DNA of 64,000 nucleotides from Legionella sp. (GCA_030158115.1 JAOATK010000004.1:29739-93738); one strand, 5' to 3'; positions 1 to 11,888 are shown, counted from the stretch's first letter. Notes: generated by a model not told the origin, from the sequence alone. Numbers and translations: made by a program.

Positions 1-439
1 CAACTGATTTACGAGCAATAACTCCTGGAGCTACTTTCTCAATAGGAGCCATTGCAGATGCATCAATAGGACCTTTACCATCAATAGGGTTACCTAATGC
101 ATCAACTACACGACCTAAAAGTCCGTTACCAACTGGAACCTCAAGAATACGACCAGTACATTTACCCTTTTGGCCTTCAGCTAATGTGCTTGCTTCACCT
201 AAAACCACGGCACCGACTGCATCTCGCTCAAGGTTAAGAGCCAAGCCATAAACACCGCCTGGAAATTCAATCATTTCGCCAGCCATAACATCTTCAAGGC
301 CGTGTAAAGTCACAATGCCGTCTTTCAGACTAACAACTGTACCTTCATTACGTGCTTCAGATACCACACTAAAATTTTCTATTTTCTTTCTGATTAATTC
401 GCTGATTTCAGAAGGATTTAAAGCTACTTGTTCTGACAT
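1..439 (-). CDS. atpA: F0F1 ATP synthase subunit alpha, N-terminal part (continues beyond window start)
   Basis: Own translation of the minus strand from ATG at 439-437 gives [23 protein letters not shown]...[18 protein letters not shown], a typical AtpA N-terminus. It sits downstream of atpH in the canonical operon order. Confidence 0.9.
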   Translation of the reverse strand, partial: MSEQVALNPSEISELIRKKIENFSVVSEARNEGTVVSLKDGIVTLHGLEDVMAGEMIEFPGGVYGLALNLERDAVGAVVLGEASTLAEGQKGKCTGRILEVPVGNGLLGRVVDALGNPIDGKGPIDASAMAPIEKVAPGVIARKSV

Positions 440-456
440 TGAAATTATCCTCTAAA

Positions 457-999
457 TTAAGCGGCCAAGCCGGTGCGAAGTTTATTGAGCTTGCCCCGAA
501 TTGAACCATCGATAACTAAATCACCGGCCTGAATTATTGCTCCGCCAAGCAAGGTAGGATCAATATTGATTTTTAACGCAACTTTGCGCTGGAGGCGCTG
601 ACTTAACGATTCCATTAGCCGTGCTTGTTGTTCACTTGATAAGTCAGAATAACTGCTTACGTCCACCTCCAGAGTTTTTTCTTGCTCTGCGCGATGCGCT
701 TCATAAAGAGCGCTAATCTCAGGTAATAACATGAGCCTTTTATTTGCCGCTAACAATTCAATTAGATTATTTGCTGACTCGTCTTTATTTGATTCTGAAC
801 TAATCACGCATTGGAGCAGTTCCACATGCTGTTTTACTGTAGACATTGGATTCGCAATAAACTGTGCAGCCTCGGAAGATAACACGGCCTGTGCCAATGC
901 TATCAAATTGACTGACCACTGGGCTAATTTTTTCTCAGCTAAAGCATGTTCGAAAATTGCTTTGGCATAGGGTCTGGCAATGGTGGTGCTATCAGACAT
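457..999 (-). CDS. atpH: F0F1 ATP synthase subunit delta (OSCP)
   Basis: 180-aa ORF with a delta/OSCP-like sequence ([10 protein letters not shown]..., C-terminal [20 protein letters not shown]). It lies between atpF and atpA. Confidence 0.9.
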   Translation of the reverse strand: MSDSTTIARPYAKAIFEHALAEKKLAQWSVNLIALAQAVLSSEAAQFIANPMSTVKQHVELLQCVISSESNKDESANNLIELLAANKRLMLLPEISALYEAHRAEQEKTLEVDVSSYSDLSSEQQARLMESLSQRLQRKVALKINIDPTLLGGAIIQAGDLVIDGSIRGKLNKLRTGLAA

Positions 1000-1000
1000 T

Positions 1001-1477
1001 TTAAATCTCTTCTATTAGGTTATCTAACAGGGCTGTGTTTGCTTTAACGTCTACTTCGCGCATTAAAATTTTCTCAGCGCCAGTAATCGCTAACATAGCA
1101 ACTTGCTTGCGTAGCGCTTCTTTTGCGTGATTCACTTCTTGCAGCAATTGCTCTTGTCCCAACTTAACTTGCATTTGTACTTCTTGTTTAGCAGCTTCTT
1201 TTGCTTCTTCAATGATTTGAGCAGCGCGCTTATTTGCTTTTTCAATCACCTCTGCTGAATTAGCTTTTGCTTGCTTTAACTCATCTTTTACACGATGCTG
1301 TGCTAATTCAAGCTCCTTGCGACCACGTTCTGCAGCAGATAAACCATCAGCAATTTTGTCTTGTCTTTCTTCTAGAGCTTTTGCTAAAGGAGGCCAAACC
1401 AATTTCATGGTAAATACAACAAAGGCTGCGAATACCAGCATTTGTACTATTAATGTTAAATTAATATCCACCGTCAT
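1001..1477 (-). CDS. atpF: F0F1 ATP synthase subunit b
   Basis: N-terminal TM helix followed by a long charged helix ([20 protein letters not shown]), typical of subunit b. The track ORF starts at TTG 1492. ATG 1477 or GTG 1471, both downstream of a GGAGA, are more plausible starts. Confidence 0.85.
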   Translation of the reverse strand: MTVDINLTLIVQMLVFAAFVVFTMKLVWPPLAKALEERQDKIADGLSAAERGRKELELAQHRVKDELKQAKANSAEVIEKANKRAAQIIEEAKEAAKQEVQMQVKLGQEQLLQEVNHAKEALRKQVAMLAITGAEKILMREVDVKANTALLDNLIEEI

Positions 1478-1523
1478 ATCTCCAAGCAACAATTAGGGCG
1501 CAAGGCGCCCCAATCATTTGTTA

Positions 1524-3059
<1,536 letters not shown>

Positions 3060-3374
3060 ATATTCACCTAAGTTTCACCGCGCGAAGTATAAAACAACTG
3101 GTTTTAATAATCAACGACCCTGTGTCATTATGTTAAGGATCTTATCCTTCTACCAGCAACGGAAGAAGGAATAACTGTTCGCTTAAGGTAACTAATGTTA
3201 CTTTAAATACGAGTATCTAGTCGTTGCAGAAAATGCACCTGGTTTGAGTGTCTCAAAATTATATTGATTAAAAATTAACCTAATTTGTATCTACTGTCTA
3301 TAATTACTATGTGGAGCTTATTATCCCAACATTGATAGTAAGCGGTGTTTATAAATCTCGTTTAAGGAAATAAT

Positions 3375-3617
3375 ATGCCTGAGAAAACTCAACACACTGC
3401 AGCCAGTCTGCATGAAAAAATGTTAACTCGTTATAATGATGGGTTATCCCACAAACACAACAAACATCACTTGGAATATCGAAAACATTTTAAATCCCAT
3501 CCTTGTAACCTAGCAAATGGAATAGAGAAAGAGGAGTTAAATGGCTCCACGGGATTATTACGTGAATTTAAATTAAAAAAACTTCGCAAACGAATGAATA
3601 AAGGACAAGTACACTAA
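3375..3617 (+). CDS. Hypothetical small basic His/Lys-rich protein (80 aa)
   Basis: An AAGGAA Shine-Dalgarno lies 6 nt upstream of the ATG and a hairpin terminator follows the ORF at 3626-3650. I recognise no family. Confidence 0.45.
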   Translation: MPEKTQHTAASLHEKMLTRYNDGLSHKHNKHHLEYRKHFKSHPCNLANGIEKEELNGSTGLLREFKLKKLRKRMNKGQVH

Positions 3618-3625
3618 AAAAGTAA

Positions 3626-3650
3626 CTTGATGCAGCTATGCTGCATCAAG
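3626..3650. terminator. Bidirectional hairpin CTTGATGCAGC-TAT-GCTGCATCAAG between convergent genes
   Basis: Perfect 11-bp stem. A T-run follows on the minus strand (rc of ...ctaaaaaagtaa). The same stem sequence recurs at 43771-43803. Confidence 0.7.
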
Positions 3651-3657
3651 ATTATCT

Positions 3658-4224
3658 TTATGATTTCACATAAGTGAAGTATTTTAGAATTTTGACCACT
3701 CTAATCACACCTGCTGTTCGACGAGAAATATTGATTACTGTTTCAGCTTGGTCTGGATGAACATCTCCCATCAAATAAACGATGCCATCTGATGTCACTA
3801 TTTTAAATGCATTCGGGTCAATGGAGTCATCAGCAAAAATTTGGCTGCGAATTTTAGTAGTAATCCAGCTGTCTTGCAGTGCATTAGAGGGTGTATTACT
3901 CAATTGAATCGCATTAAATAAACGCCTGTACCCATGGATTGTGCTCATACGTTGATTTAATTCAGTGATAAGCTCCGGTGTAGGCAAATGGCCGGCTATT
4001 AAAATATCCCCATTAAAAAGAGCCAGATCAATCACACAATTAGTGCATTGAAACATTTTACCAACGGCTAATGCATTATTTATTTTAACATACAACTGAT
4101 AATCATCTAATTTTTTATACACCCCATGCCGATCATAAACCAAGTTAGCGCCTGTCCATAAACCGCCCACACAACTAGATAAAGATATCCCTATTATCAG
4201 TCCTAAAAAAAGGCGCTTAAACAT
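3658..4224 (-). CDS. BON-domain lipoprotein (second DolP/OsmY-like paralogue)
   Basis: Start taken at ATG 4224 (MFKRLFLGLIIGISLSSC, a lipobox). It has two BON-like halves (...ILIAGHLPTPE..., ...IVYLMGDVHPDQAE...RRTAGVIRVVK). Confidence 0.75.
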   Translation of the reverse strand: MFKRLFLGLIIGISLSSCVGGLWTGANLVYDRHGVYKKLDDYQLYVKINNALAVGKMFQCTNCVIDLALFNGDILIAGHLPTPELITELNQRMSTIHGYRRLFNAIQLSNTPSNALQDSWITTKIRSQIFADDSIDPNAFKIVTSDGIVYLMGDVHPDQAETVINISRRTAGVIRVVKILKYFTYVKS

Positions 4225-4225
4225 C

Positions 4226-4798
4226 TTAGCGAATGTACTGGAAAATTTTAACAACTTTGTTCACACCATTCACGCGTCGAGCAACATCCACAGAAAGTCT
4301 TGCTTGCTCATCGGTTACAATCCCCATAAGATAAACCACTCCATTTTCAGTTGTTACGCGAATGGAACCCGATTCTAATCCCTTTTTAGCCAGCATACTG
4401 CTTCTAACTTGACTTGTGATCCAGCTATCATTCGTTCGTTGTGTTAGTGAAATCGAATCGCCCACACTAATCTCATCATAGACTCTCTTAACCCCTGGAG
4501 CGCTTTGTGCTATTTTTTCAGCCATCACACGCAACGATGCGGCCGGAGTTTGTCCGACTAATAAAACCACACGATTAAAACTTGTTACCAGTATACGTGA
4601 ATCCTTTAACTGTGGATTCGTCACAATGTTTGTATGAATGATATGAAATAAACGAGCATCTGCTTCTAGGGTAACCAGACTACGCCTATCATAAACCATG
4701 CCCGCAGCGGCACCAACAACAACAGCTGCAACACAACCGGTGAGTAAAGCAAATAGTAAAACGACAATAATCCATTTTAATTTGAAATTTAAATTCAT
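4226..4798 (-). CDS. dolP: Outer-membrane lipoprotein DolP (YraP), dual BON domain
   Basis: Lipobox LLTGC and two BON domains (VVLLVGQTP..., VVYLMGIVTDEQA...VNGVNKVVKIF). It keeps the conserved position after diaA, as in the yraN-diaA-dolP cluster. Confidence 0.8.
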   Translation of the reverse strand: MNLNFKLKWIIVVLLFALLTGCVAAVVVGAAAGMVYDRRSLVTLEADARLFHIIHTNIVTNPQLKDSRILVTSFNRVVLLVGQTPAASLRVMAEKIAQSAPGVKRVYDEISVGDSISLTQRTNDSWITSQVRSSMLAKKGLESGSIRVTTENGVVYLMGIVTDEQARLSVDVARRVNGVNKVVKIFQYIR

Positions 4799-4802
4799 TT
4801 TT

Positions 4803-5402
4803 TTATCCTAAAACCTGACCAAATAAAGATTGATCAATTAAATCACAAAAACAGTGCAATATGAACAGATGCATTTCTCTTATTCGCGCAGAACTATCTG
4901 AGGTTACTCGCAGCTCTATGTCTTCTGGGCCTAGATGATTTGCCAACACCCCTCCATCTCGGCCACTCAAGGCAATGGTATCCATACCACGCTCATTAGC
5001 TGCCTGTAGTGCGTGGAGCATGCTGTCAGAATTACCAGAGGTGGTTAATAAAATCAATACGTCTTGCTCATGACCTAAGGCTTGTATTTGACGTGCAAAT
5101 ACCTGGCTGTAATGATTTTCATTAGCAAAAGAACTAAGAACTGGCGCATCAGCACCCAAATTAAATACAGGTAAAGATGGTCTTTCAACCTCAAAATGAT
5201 TAAACATGGCACTAGAAAAATGCATGCTATTTGCACTTGAACCACCATTTCCACAAATTAATATTTTTCCATCACCTAATAAACAATTTACTAAACGTTG
5301 TCCGGCTTTAGCAATTATCTCAGATAAAGTATCAGCAAGTGCAATTTTTGTTTCGATGTGTGCACCGAAAAGATGCCTTACTCTTTCTTCCATTTGAACC
5401 AT
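4803..5402 (-). CDS. diaA: SIS-domain DnaA initiator-associating protein DiaA / phosphoheptose isomerase family
   Basis: Matches my recollection of E. coli DiaA along its length (GKILICGNGGSSANSMHF..., ERPSLP, ARIREMHLFILHCFCDLID). Start may be ATG 5393. Confidence 0.8.
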   Translation of the reverse strand: MVQMEERVRHLFGAHIETKIALADTLSEIIAKAGQRLVNCLLGDGKILICGNGGSSANSMHFSSAMFNHFEVERPSLPVFNLGADAPVLSSFANENHYSQVFARQIQALGHEQDVLILLTTSGNSDSMLHALQAANERGMDTIALSGRDGGVLANHLGPEDIELRVTSDSSARIREMHLFILHCFCDLIDQSLFGQVLG

Positions 5403-5463
5403 ATTTTAACCTTAATTTTTGGTCTTAGATCATCCCTATCGCAAGCAAGGATGACATAGAACC

Positions 5464-5823
5464 CTAATAATCTACCCCAAACGCGTCTTTTATCCAGCTA
5501 ATGTTAGCTACTTTTCCATCAATACTGATTACATCAAAACGCATAGCCAATTGACTCGGATTTTTATGGGTCATTGCATAATATGAAGCTGCTTTTATTA
5601 TTTTTTGGCGTTTACTATAAGTAATACTTGCAAGGCCACCGCCAAAATTTACGGAAACACGCGATCGAACTTCCACAAAAACCAAATGATCCTTATCCTG
5701 CATAATTAAATCTATTTCACCAAGACGACAAGTGTAATTTTTGTTTACTAATTTCAAGCCTTGCGCGATTAAATAGGTTAACGCTTTTTCTTCCCCAATA
5801 CGTCCCTTCTCTTGTGTAATCAA
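5464..5823 (-). CDS. yraN: UPF0102 (YraN) endonuclease-like protein
   Basis: 119 aa with GEIDLIM...LVFVEVRSR, typical of the YraN family. Synteny with diaA and rsmI supports the call. Confidence 0.85.
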   Translation of the reverse strand: MITQEKGRIGEEKALTYLIAQGLKLVNKNYTCRLGEIDLIMQDKDHLVFVEVRSRVSVNFGGGLASITYSKRQKIIKAASYYAMTHKNPSQLAMRFDVISIDGKVANISWIKDAFGVDY

Positions 5824-5919
5824 TTAAACTGCCTCAATGACGAAAAAAACACACTATTCAGGTAGAATAGTGGCTCTAACCTAATTTTTATTTATTATCT
5901 CGATACCAAAGGATAAACC

Positions 5920-6771
5920 ATGACTAACTCACTAGCAACAGGAATAGGCTCTCTCTATATTGTTGCCACCCCAATTGGAAATCGTGAGGATATTACGCAA
6001 AGAGCATTAAATATACTTAAATCAGTGGATGTCATTTTGGCTGAAGACACGCGTCATTCCATACAGCTTTTAACCTCTTTAGGAATAAAGAACAATCTTA
6101 GTTCACTGCATGCTCATAATGAAAATGACAAAAGCAAACACATTATTGAGCAGCTATTAGAAGGAAAATCTGCAGCCCTGATTAGTGATGCGGGTACGCC
6201 ATTAATTAGTGACCCTGGTTATTTACTAGTAAAACTCGCGCGTGAACATGAAATACCAGTGATTCCTATTCCTGGAGCTTGTGCCTTAATTACAGCTTTA
6301 TGTGCTGCAGGCGTACCTTGTGATTCCTTTTTATTTCTAGGGTTTCTTCCAGCAAAACAAAATGCACGTAAAATAAAATTTGAATCCTTGCGTACCCAAC
6401 CGCATACGTTAATTTTTTATGAATCAACACACCGTATTCTTGATTGCCTTAATGATTTGGCAGAAGTTTATGGTGAGACATGCAAGATTGTGTTGGCAAA
6501 GGAGTTAACGAAAACTTTTGAACGATTCATCACTGGAACCATTGTGGCGGTTAAAGAATGGTTATTGGCAGAGGCCGCTCATGTGAAAGGTGAATTTGTC
6601 CTTATTATACCTCCTCGTGAAGAAATTGTGGCGCAAGCGGAACATGAGGAATTGCTTTCTGTATTGCTGGCTGAATTGCCCTTGAAACAAGCTGTAGGGA
6701 TTGCTTGTAAATTAACTCATGCCAATAAAAATGAAATTTATGAATTAGCATTGAAATTAAAAAATGAATGA
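5920..6771 (+). CDS. rsmI: 16S rRNA (cytidine1402-2'-O)-methyltransferase
   Basis: LYIVATPIGNREDITQRAL...ILAEDTRHS tetrapyrrole-methylase-fold N-terminus. It is divergent from yraN, as in E. coli. Confidence 0.9.
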   Translation: MTNSLATGIGSLYIVATPIGNREDITQRALNILKSVDVILAEDTRHSIQLLTSLGIKNNLSSLHAHNENDKSKHIIEQLLEGKSAALISDAGTPLISDPGYLLVKLAREHEIPVIPIPGACALITALCAAGVPCDSFLFLGFLPAKQNARKIKFESLRTQPHTLIFYESTHRILDCLNDLAEVYGETCKIVLAKELTKTFERFITGTIVAVKEWLLAEAAHVKGEFVLIIPPREEIVAQAEHEELLSVLLAELPLKQAVGIACKLTHANKNEIYELALKLKNE

Positions 6772-6774
6772 GAC

Positions 6775-6839
6775 GTAGCCTGGTTCCTTGCAACCGGGGT
6801 TGTCTAGAATGGGACCCTGGTTGCAAGCAACCAGGCTAC
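6775..6839. repeat. REP-like palindromic element, family 1 (GTAGCCTGGTTNCTTGCAACCGGG ... CCCTGGTTGCAAGCAACCAGGCTAC)
   Basis: ~24-bp inverted arms around a 17-nt spacer, located between the convergent rsmI and ORF 6849-8408. Related copies lie at 38823, 40068 and 51435, and as the outer element at 20764. Confidence 0.9.
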
Positions 6840-6848
6840 TAAACTACT

Positions 6849-8408
6849 TTAACTCATAGCTAATGCATTATTTGGTGCGTCTAAAACCGCAACGGGCGGT
6901 TTTGGTTTATTTTCAGGATGTTTATTGTAAGCGCTAAATAGTTCATAACCTAAATAAGCAACTGTTAATGCAATGGCTGCAGGCCAACAAATAGCAAACG
7001 TCGCAATTAATAGGGTTGGCATAAACGTATTTTTTATTAGCTTAAAAATAAAATCATTACGCGCTGTTTGATATTCTTTTAGTGCTAATGCGCGCTCTGT
7101 TGGATTAAAATCCATATGGTCTAAACGGAATTTTTTTTGTTGGTAGTTTGCAAAAGAATCTCCAGTAAAATAAATAGCCGCGGCTAACGTACACACGAAA
7201 AAGCTCGCCACTACCATGCCTGGAGGCGTAAATAGTAAGGCTGCCGAAAACCCTAGCATGAGCAATCCTGCTGCGGAAGCCGCAAAGCATAAACTTGATT
7301 TTTTCGTTTTCCACTCCACTTCCAGTTCGGCCAGCTGTCTGTTTAACACCGCAATGTGCTGATCTCGTTCAGACTGCTTGAGTTCGCTATATTTCATGGG
7401 ATCTTTGTAATCAGCAAGTTCTTGTAAATATTGACTTTTCTTAAAAACATAATTCTTTTTAGCTACCATAAGTCGATACAATAACAAACTCATATCAAAC
7501 CCCAGGAATACCGCTGTAATAATACCTGTTACTGGCGAAGGAATTCGTGAAATTTGATTAAAATTAGTTAAGAAATTCACTGTGGCCCACACCAAATCGT
7601 TAGCAAAATTAAATTGCCTTTTATACAATTCGTGTTTAAAGCGCTCGAAAGTAGTTGATTTTTTTTCCTCTTCACTAGGGAAGAAGGTATGTCGAATTAA
7701 TAAACCCGCATCAATCATAAAACGTGCCAGAAATAAGCCTACGCTAAAATAATTAAGAACCCCATTTGGCGCTTGCAAGGTCGCTATTATTTTATCCGCA
7801 TTAATCTGTGTTCCCAAAGCCACGTTTATTTTATCAAGTAAGTGAATACTTTTTGCAAAAGCAAAACCTGAGGTTAACGTTAGTCGGCAAAAAACCCAAT
7901 AAAGACGGCTTAGGTTAATAAAAGCTACGTACTCTCGTAGTTTTGAAAGATGCCAAGGAGCTTTCATGATGTTTTGAAAACTCTCAATAAAACTTTGTAT
8001 CATTGAATCAACAAAATCTATTTCAGGTTCTTCTGTGGAAAACACACGTGTTTTAATTTTTTCTTTGAGTTGCTTATAATATGCCTCTTTACCTATGGGG
8101 ATATAAGTGCCCTCATTATTTTTTGGAGCAGGAGAATAGGCTTTATAAAAATTTTCTAAAAGGGAAGCACAATAGTAGCAATAGGCCCAGAAGGCATCGC
8201 TATTTTCATCTTTTCTACTCTTTAAAACAGCGAGTATCTGTACGAACTCAGCTTCGAGTTCCATTTGATTATTTAATAAAAAAGAATATTTTTTAGTACC
8301 TACAATTGCATCAGTTGCCCTAATTTTATCGTCGTGATTTCTAATTTGTGAAAAAAACTGATTTTTATCGCTGTGAAAAGCAGAATAAGGACTCATAGTA
8401 CAGCTCAC
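6849..8408 (-). CDS. Hypothetical polytopic membrane protein with a central coiled coil (519 aa), effector-like orphan
   Basis: Long ORF with several hydrophobic helices and a coiled-coil stretch (QHIAVLNRQLAELEVEWKTKK). I recognise no family. Confidence 0.6.
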   Translation of the reverse strand: MSCTMSPYSAFHSDKNQFFSQIRNHDDKIRATDAIVGTKKYSFLLNNQMELEAEFVQILAVLKSRKDENSDAFWAYCYYCASLLENFYKAYSPAPKNNEGTYIPIGKEAYYKQLKEKIKTRVFSTEEPEIDFVDSMIQSFIESFQNIMKAPWHLSKLREYVAFINLSRLYWVFCRLTLTSGFAFAKSIHLLDKINVALGTQINADKIIATLQAPNGVLNYFSVGLFLARFMIDAGLLIRHTFFPSEEEKKSTTFERFKHELYKRQFNFANDLVWATVNFLTNFNQISRIPSPVTGIITAVFLGFDMSLLLYRLMVAKKNYVFKKSQYLQELADYKDPMKYSELKQSERDQHIAVLNRQLAELEVEWKTKKSSLCFAASAAGLLMLGFSAALLFTPPGMVVASFFVCTLAAAIYFTGDSFANYQQKKFRLDHMDFNPTERALALKEYQTARNDFIFKLIKNTFMPTLLIATFAICWPAAIALTVAYLGYELFSAYNKHPENKPKPPVAVLDAPNNALAMS

Positions 8409-8529
8409 GTAAAAGGCAATTAATTGAATTAGGTAACGTTATCATTTGGGTTTTATTTTGACAAGCTTTTGTTGTTTTTATTTTGATCAAAATGATATTT
8501 AAAAAGAGAATTCAAATCTATTATGTAAA

Positions 8530-9963
8530 TTATTTACCTATACAAAAACTAGAAAAAATTCTTCCCAATAAATCGTCAGAGCTGAATTCGCCTGTAATTT
8601 CACATAAAGTGTGATGGGCTAAACGTAGATCTTCTGCTAATAATTCTCCAGCACGATGAGTTGATAATTGATGCTGGCCTGTCGATAATAAATCTTTTGC
8701 TTCATCTAAAGCCTGTAGATGACGTCTTCTAGCAAGAAATTGACCTTCATTGGGTTGGTAGCCGACCACTTGTTTAATTACTTGTTTTAAACCTTCAATT
8801 CCCTCGCCTGATTTAGCGGAGAGATAGACGGTATGATCTTGGACTTTTGCAGGGTAGTGAGTGATATCAATTTTATTAAATACTGTGATAATAGGAACTT
8901 CTTCTGGTAATGCAGCCCTGATTTCTTCAGTGAGCACATGATGCTCTTCTGGATCATTGATATCGACCAGCAATAAAACACAATCGGCTTGTTTTAATTC
9001 CTGCCAGGCACGCTTAATGCCTTCCTTTTCAACAATATCATCTGACTCTCGCAGGCCTGCTGTGTCAATGATATGTAGGGGAATGTCATCTAATAAAATA
9101 TGTTCCCGCATGACATCGCGGGTTGTTCCTGCAATTTCAGTCACAATGGCAATGTCACGACCAGCAAGGCTATTGATTAAAGTAGATTTTCCCGCATTGG
9201 GACGGCCGGCAATCACTAAAGATAGCCCTTCGCGCAAAAGAACACCTTGATTTGCTTGAGATCGAATGGCATTAAGATCAACTAAAATGGCATTTAATAA
9301 ATTAGACACTTTTCCATCGTTAAGAAAATCAATTTCTTCTTCAGGAAAATCAATCGCGGCTTCAACATATAAACGCAAATAAATCAGTTGTTCATTTAAT
9401 TGATTTATTTTTTGCGAAAATTCGCCTTGCAAGGACTTAAATGCCATGCGCGCCGCGGTTTGTGAGCTGGCTTGAATTAAATCCGCAATCGCTTCTGCTT
9501 GAGTTAGGTCAATTTTATCATTTAAAAAGGCACGCTCAGAAAACTCACCAGGTCGAGCCAAACGTGCTCCTATTTGCACACAGGCTTTAGTCAACATATC
9601 CAAAACTATGGGAGAACCATGCGCTTGAATTTCAACTATATCTTCACCAGTAAAAGAATGGGGAGCCTTAAAATAGATCATTAAGCCTTGATCAATTGTT
9701 ACTGCTTGACCATTTCCTACGTCCCGAGGCCTGTCCGCGGGATCCATGGGGCTAGCTAGATCACTGGATCCCACGGGCAAGCCTCGGGACGTAGGGATTG
9801 AGTCAGAGTAAAAAGAACAAAAGGTAGCTAATCGAGGTTTTAAAACTTTATTACCATTTATCACTAAAGCAATAGAATATGCTTTAGGACCAGAGAGTCT
9901 TAAGATGCCTACCCCACCACGTCCTGGTGGGGTAGCTATGGCTACTATCGTATCGGTAACCAT
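8530..9963 (-). CDS. mnmE: tRNA modification GTPase MnmE (TrmE), carrying a 27-aa in-frame insertion
   Basis: [22 protein letters not shown]-terminus, G-domain motifs GRPNAGKST / DTAGLR / NKID, and C-terminal FCIGK. The protein is 477 aa versus about 450 aa typical. Confidence 0.95.
   Translation of the reverse strand: MVTDTIVAIATPPGRGGVGILRLSGPKAYSIALVINGNKVLKPRLATFCSFYSDSIPTSRGLPVGSSDLASPMDPADRPRDVGNGQAVTIDQGLMIYFKAPHSFTGEDIVEIQAHGSPIVLDMLTKACVQIGARLARPGEFSERAFLNDKIDLTQAEAIADLIQASSQTAARMAFKSLQGEFSQKINQLNEQLIYLRLYVEAAIDFPEEEIDFLNDGKVSNLLNAILVDLNAIRSQANQGVLLREGLSLVIAGRPNAGKSTLINSLAGRDIAIVTEIAGTTRDVMREHILLDDIPLHIIDTAGLRESDDIVEKEGIKRAWQELKQADCVLLLVDINDPEEHHVLTEEIRAALPEEVPIITVFNKIDITHYPAKVQDHTVYLSAKSGEGIEGLKQVIKQVVGYQPNEGQFLARRRHLQALDEAKDLLSTGQHQLSTHRAGELLAEDLRLAHHTLCEITGEFSSDDLLGRIFSSFCIGK
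9716..9796. repeat. 81-bp GC-rich palindromic element inserted in-frame in mnmE
   Basis: CCTACGTCCCGAGGC (9716-9730) pairs perfectly with GCCTCGGGACGTAGG (9781-9795). An inner arm pair CCGCGGGATCCA / TGGATCCCACGG has one mismatch. The element encodes about 27 aa ([27 protein letters not shown]) in a loop where E. coli MnmE reads only DADGS. Confidence 0.85.
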
Positions 9964-11640
9964 TTATTTTGCTGTAGCAACAGATTTCTTAGCGGGCTTT
10001 TCATCAGAATACTTACGCGTAATATACCATTGCTGAAGTATGGATAAGGTATTATTCACAATCCAATAGAGCACTAAACCTGCCGGGAAATTCCAAAATA
10101 AACCGGTAAACAATATTGGTAAGAACATCATTACCTTAGCTTGCATTGGATCAGGCGGCGCTGGATTTAATTTTTGCTGAATCAACATCGTGGCACCCAT
10201 GATAAGCGGTAACACATGATAAGGATCTGCAGCTGCTAAATCTTTAATCCAGAAAATAAATGGCGCTTGGCGTAACTGAACACTTTCAAGTAATACCCAA
10301 TATAAAGCAATAAATACCGGAATCTGAATAACAATAGGTAAGCAACCACCTAATGGATTTACTTTTTCTTGCTTATAAAGCTCCATAGTAGCTTGGCTAA
10401 TTTTAGCTTTATCATCACCATAGCGCTCACGTAGGGCTTGTAATTTAGGCTGCAATTTACGCATACCCGCCATTGATTTATAGCTAGTGGCTGATAATCT
10501 GTAAAAAGCTAATTTGATTAATACCGTCACTAAGACAATGGACCAACCCCAATTGCCAACCACGTTATAGATGGCCTTCATTAACGAGAATAGTAAGGAA
10601 GAGACAAACCAAAGAATGCCATAATCCACAGTTAAATCCAGAGAAGGAGCGATACTTTTTAACGTATCAGTAATTTCCGGTCCTATGTATAATTTAGAAC
10701 CCACTGTTTTTTGTTCTTGTGGCTGAAGAGAAACCGGCTGACTTACCGCGCCAATCGTATAATCGCCATTCGCTGAGCGAGTATAAAATTGATTGTTTGC
10801 ACTTGCATCAGGAATCCAGGCGCTTAAAAAGTAATGCTGTTGCATAGCAATCCAGCCACCTTTGCTGTGTATCTCCAGATTTTTTTTACTCATATCGCTA
10901 AAAGCTACTTTCTGATAGCGATGTTTTCCTGGCTCTGAATAGGACGCACCCGTGTAAGATCCTACATGGAACATGCTTGATTTATCTTCTGGAGGCGTAG
11001 TACGTAATAGTTGGGTATTCATGTACCCTTTCCATTCACTATCCCCTTGATTGACAATCTTGTAATTGACATCAATCAGATAACTGCCTTTCGTAAAGAC
11101 GAATTCTTTTTTTACCGCTACACCATCTTCTGATTTACCATTCAGAGTAACAACAAGTTCGTTTTCATTTGGCTGTAATACGTAAGCAGACTGCTCTGTG
11201 GTAAAACCAAAATTTAAGGGTTTAACGGATTGCCCTGCCGCAACAAATAGGCTGCTATTTGCCACATAACGTTCGCCACCTTGATTTTGTAGCAACATGA
11301 AAGGCTTATTTTTCTCATCAACACTTAAGGGATAATCCAATAACTGTCCTGATACAACATCCCCATGTTGCAAATCAATTGTTACATCCAACACATCTGT
11401 TTTAACTTGAACTAATGAAGCTGGTTGAGTTTCTGATTGCATCCCTGAAGGCGTTATGGGAGTTGTACTTGAAGAACTTGCGTCATTAACCTGTGGCAAT
11501 AAGGGTTCTGCAGAATTTTTTTGGGTAATGGAACTTTCTGCCGTAGCACGCTTAGGAGGATAATCTATTTGCCAAGCATTCCAAAGAGATAAACTAACTA
11601 GCGCGAGCGCCATATATGAAATAATACGTCGTATATCCAT
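9964..11640 (-). CDS. yidC: Membrane protein insertase YidC
   Basis: 558 aa with an N-terminal TM helix, a large periplasmic domain and the conserved C-terminal core ([20 protein letters not shown]...). Confidence 0.95.
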   Translation of the reverse strand: MDIRRIISYMALALVSLSLWNAWQIDYPPKRATAESSITQKNSAEPLLPQVNDASSSSTTPITPSGMQSETQPASLVQVKTDVLDVTIDLQHGDVVSGQLLDYPLSVDEKNKPFMLLQNQGGERYVANSSLFVAAGQSVKPLNFGFTTEQSAYVLQPNENELVVTLNGKSEDGVAVKKEFVFTKGSYLIDVNYKIVNQGDSEWKGYMNTQLLRTTPPEDKSSMFHVGSYTGASYSEPGKHRYQKVAFSDMSKKNLEIHSKGGWIAMQQHYFLSAWIPDASANNQFYTRSANGDYTIGAVSQPVSLQPQEQKTVGSKLYIGPEITDTLKSIAPSLDLTVDYGILWFVSSLLFSLMKAIYNVVGNWGWSIVLVTVLIKLAFYRLSATSYKSMAGMRKLQPKLQALRERYGDDKAKISQATMELYKQEKVNPLGGCLPIVIQIPVFIALYWVLLESVQLRQAPFIFWIKDLAAADPYHVLPLIMGATMLIQQKLNPAPPDPMQAKVMMFLPILFTGLFWNFPAGLVLYWIVNNTLSILQQWYITRKYSDEKPAKKSVATAK

Positions 11641-11888
11641 TAAACTTTCTCATCGTTAGGGAGTACAGGATCATAACCACCACGTGCCCAAGGGTGGCAG
11701 CGCAATACTCTTTTTAAAGCCATCCATAAACCTTTGGTTATGCCACGTTGTTTGATGGCACTTTCAGCGTATTGCGAACAACTAGGATAATAGCGACAGG
11801 ATGGATTAAGCAAGGGACTGATCAAATATTGATATATTTTGATAGGAAAACAAATTACTTGCCGAAGCATGAAGTTAATTTTTCCCAT
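11640..11888 (-). CDS. yidD: Membrane protein insertion efficiency factor YidD
   Basis: [21 protein letters not shown]...HPW..GGYDPV signature. Its stop overlaps the yidC ATG by 1 nt. Confidence 0.9.
   Translation of the reverse strand: MGKINFMLRQVICFPIKIYQYLISPLLNPSCRYYPSCSQYAESAIKQRGITKGLWMALKRVLRCHPWARGGYDPVLPNDEKV

Noticed and set aside
731-970. Antisense or overlapping ORFs inside well-supported genes: 731-970, 1881-2138, 2917-3174, 5206-5397, 7105-7314, 8081-8296, 8787-9250, 11748-12077, 19329-19541, 19719-19985, the 21243-23534 set, 24971-25156, 25586-25888, 26912-27130, 27891-28493, 30002-30190, 31159-32736, 35175-35378, 38960-39160, 41486-41723, 42553-42768, 43011-43253, 43762-43990, 45455-45673, 45805-46023, 47320-47895, 48726-48911, 49354-49569, 53241-53465, 53788-54312, 58421-58663, 61092-61452 and 62505-62792.
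   Set aside because: Each lies wholly within, and out of frame with or antisense to, a longer ORF with recognisable motifs. Their compositions are typical of shadow frames (for example, Ser/Cys-rich when antisense to coiled-coil codons).
6605-6826. 73-aa minus-strand ORF, and the [17 protein letters not shown]-type N-terminal extension of ORF 38839.
   Set aside because: Both are read-through translations of REP family-1 palindromes, and the first also overlaps the rsmI 3' end. They are not genes.
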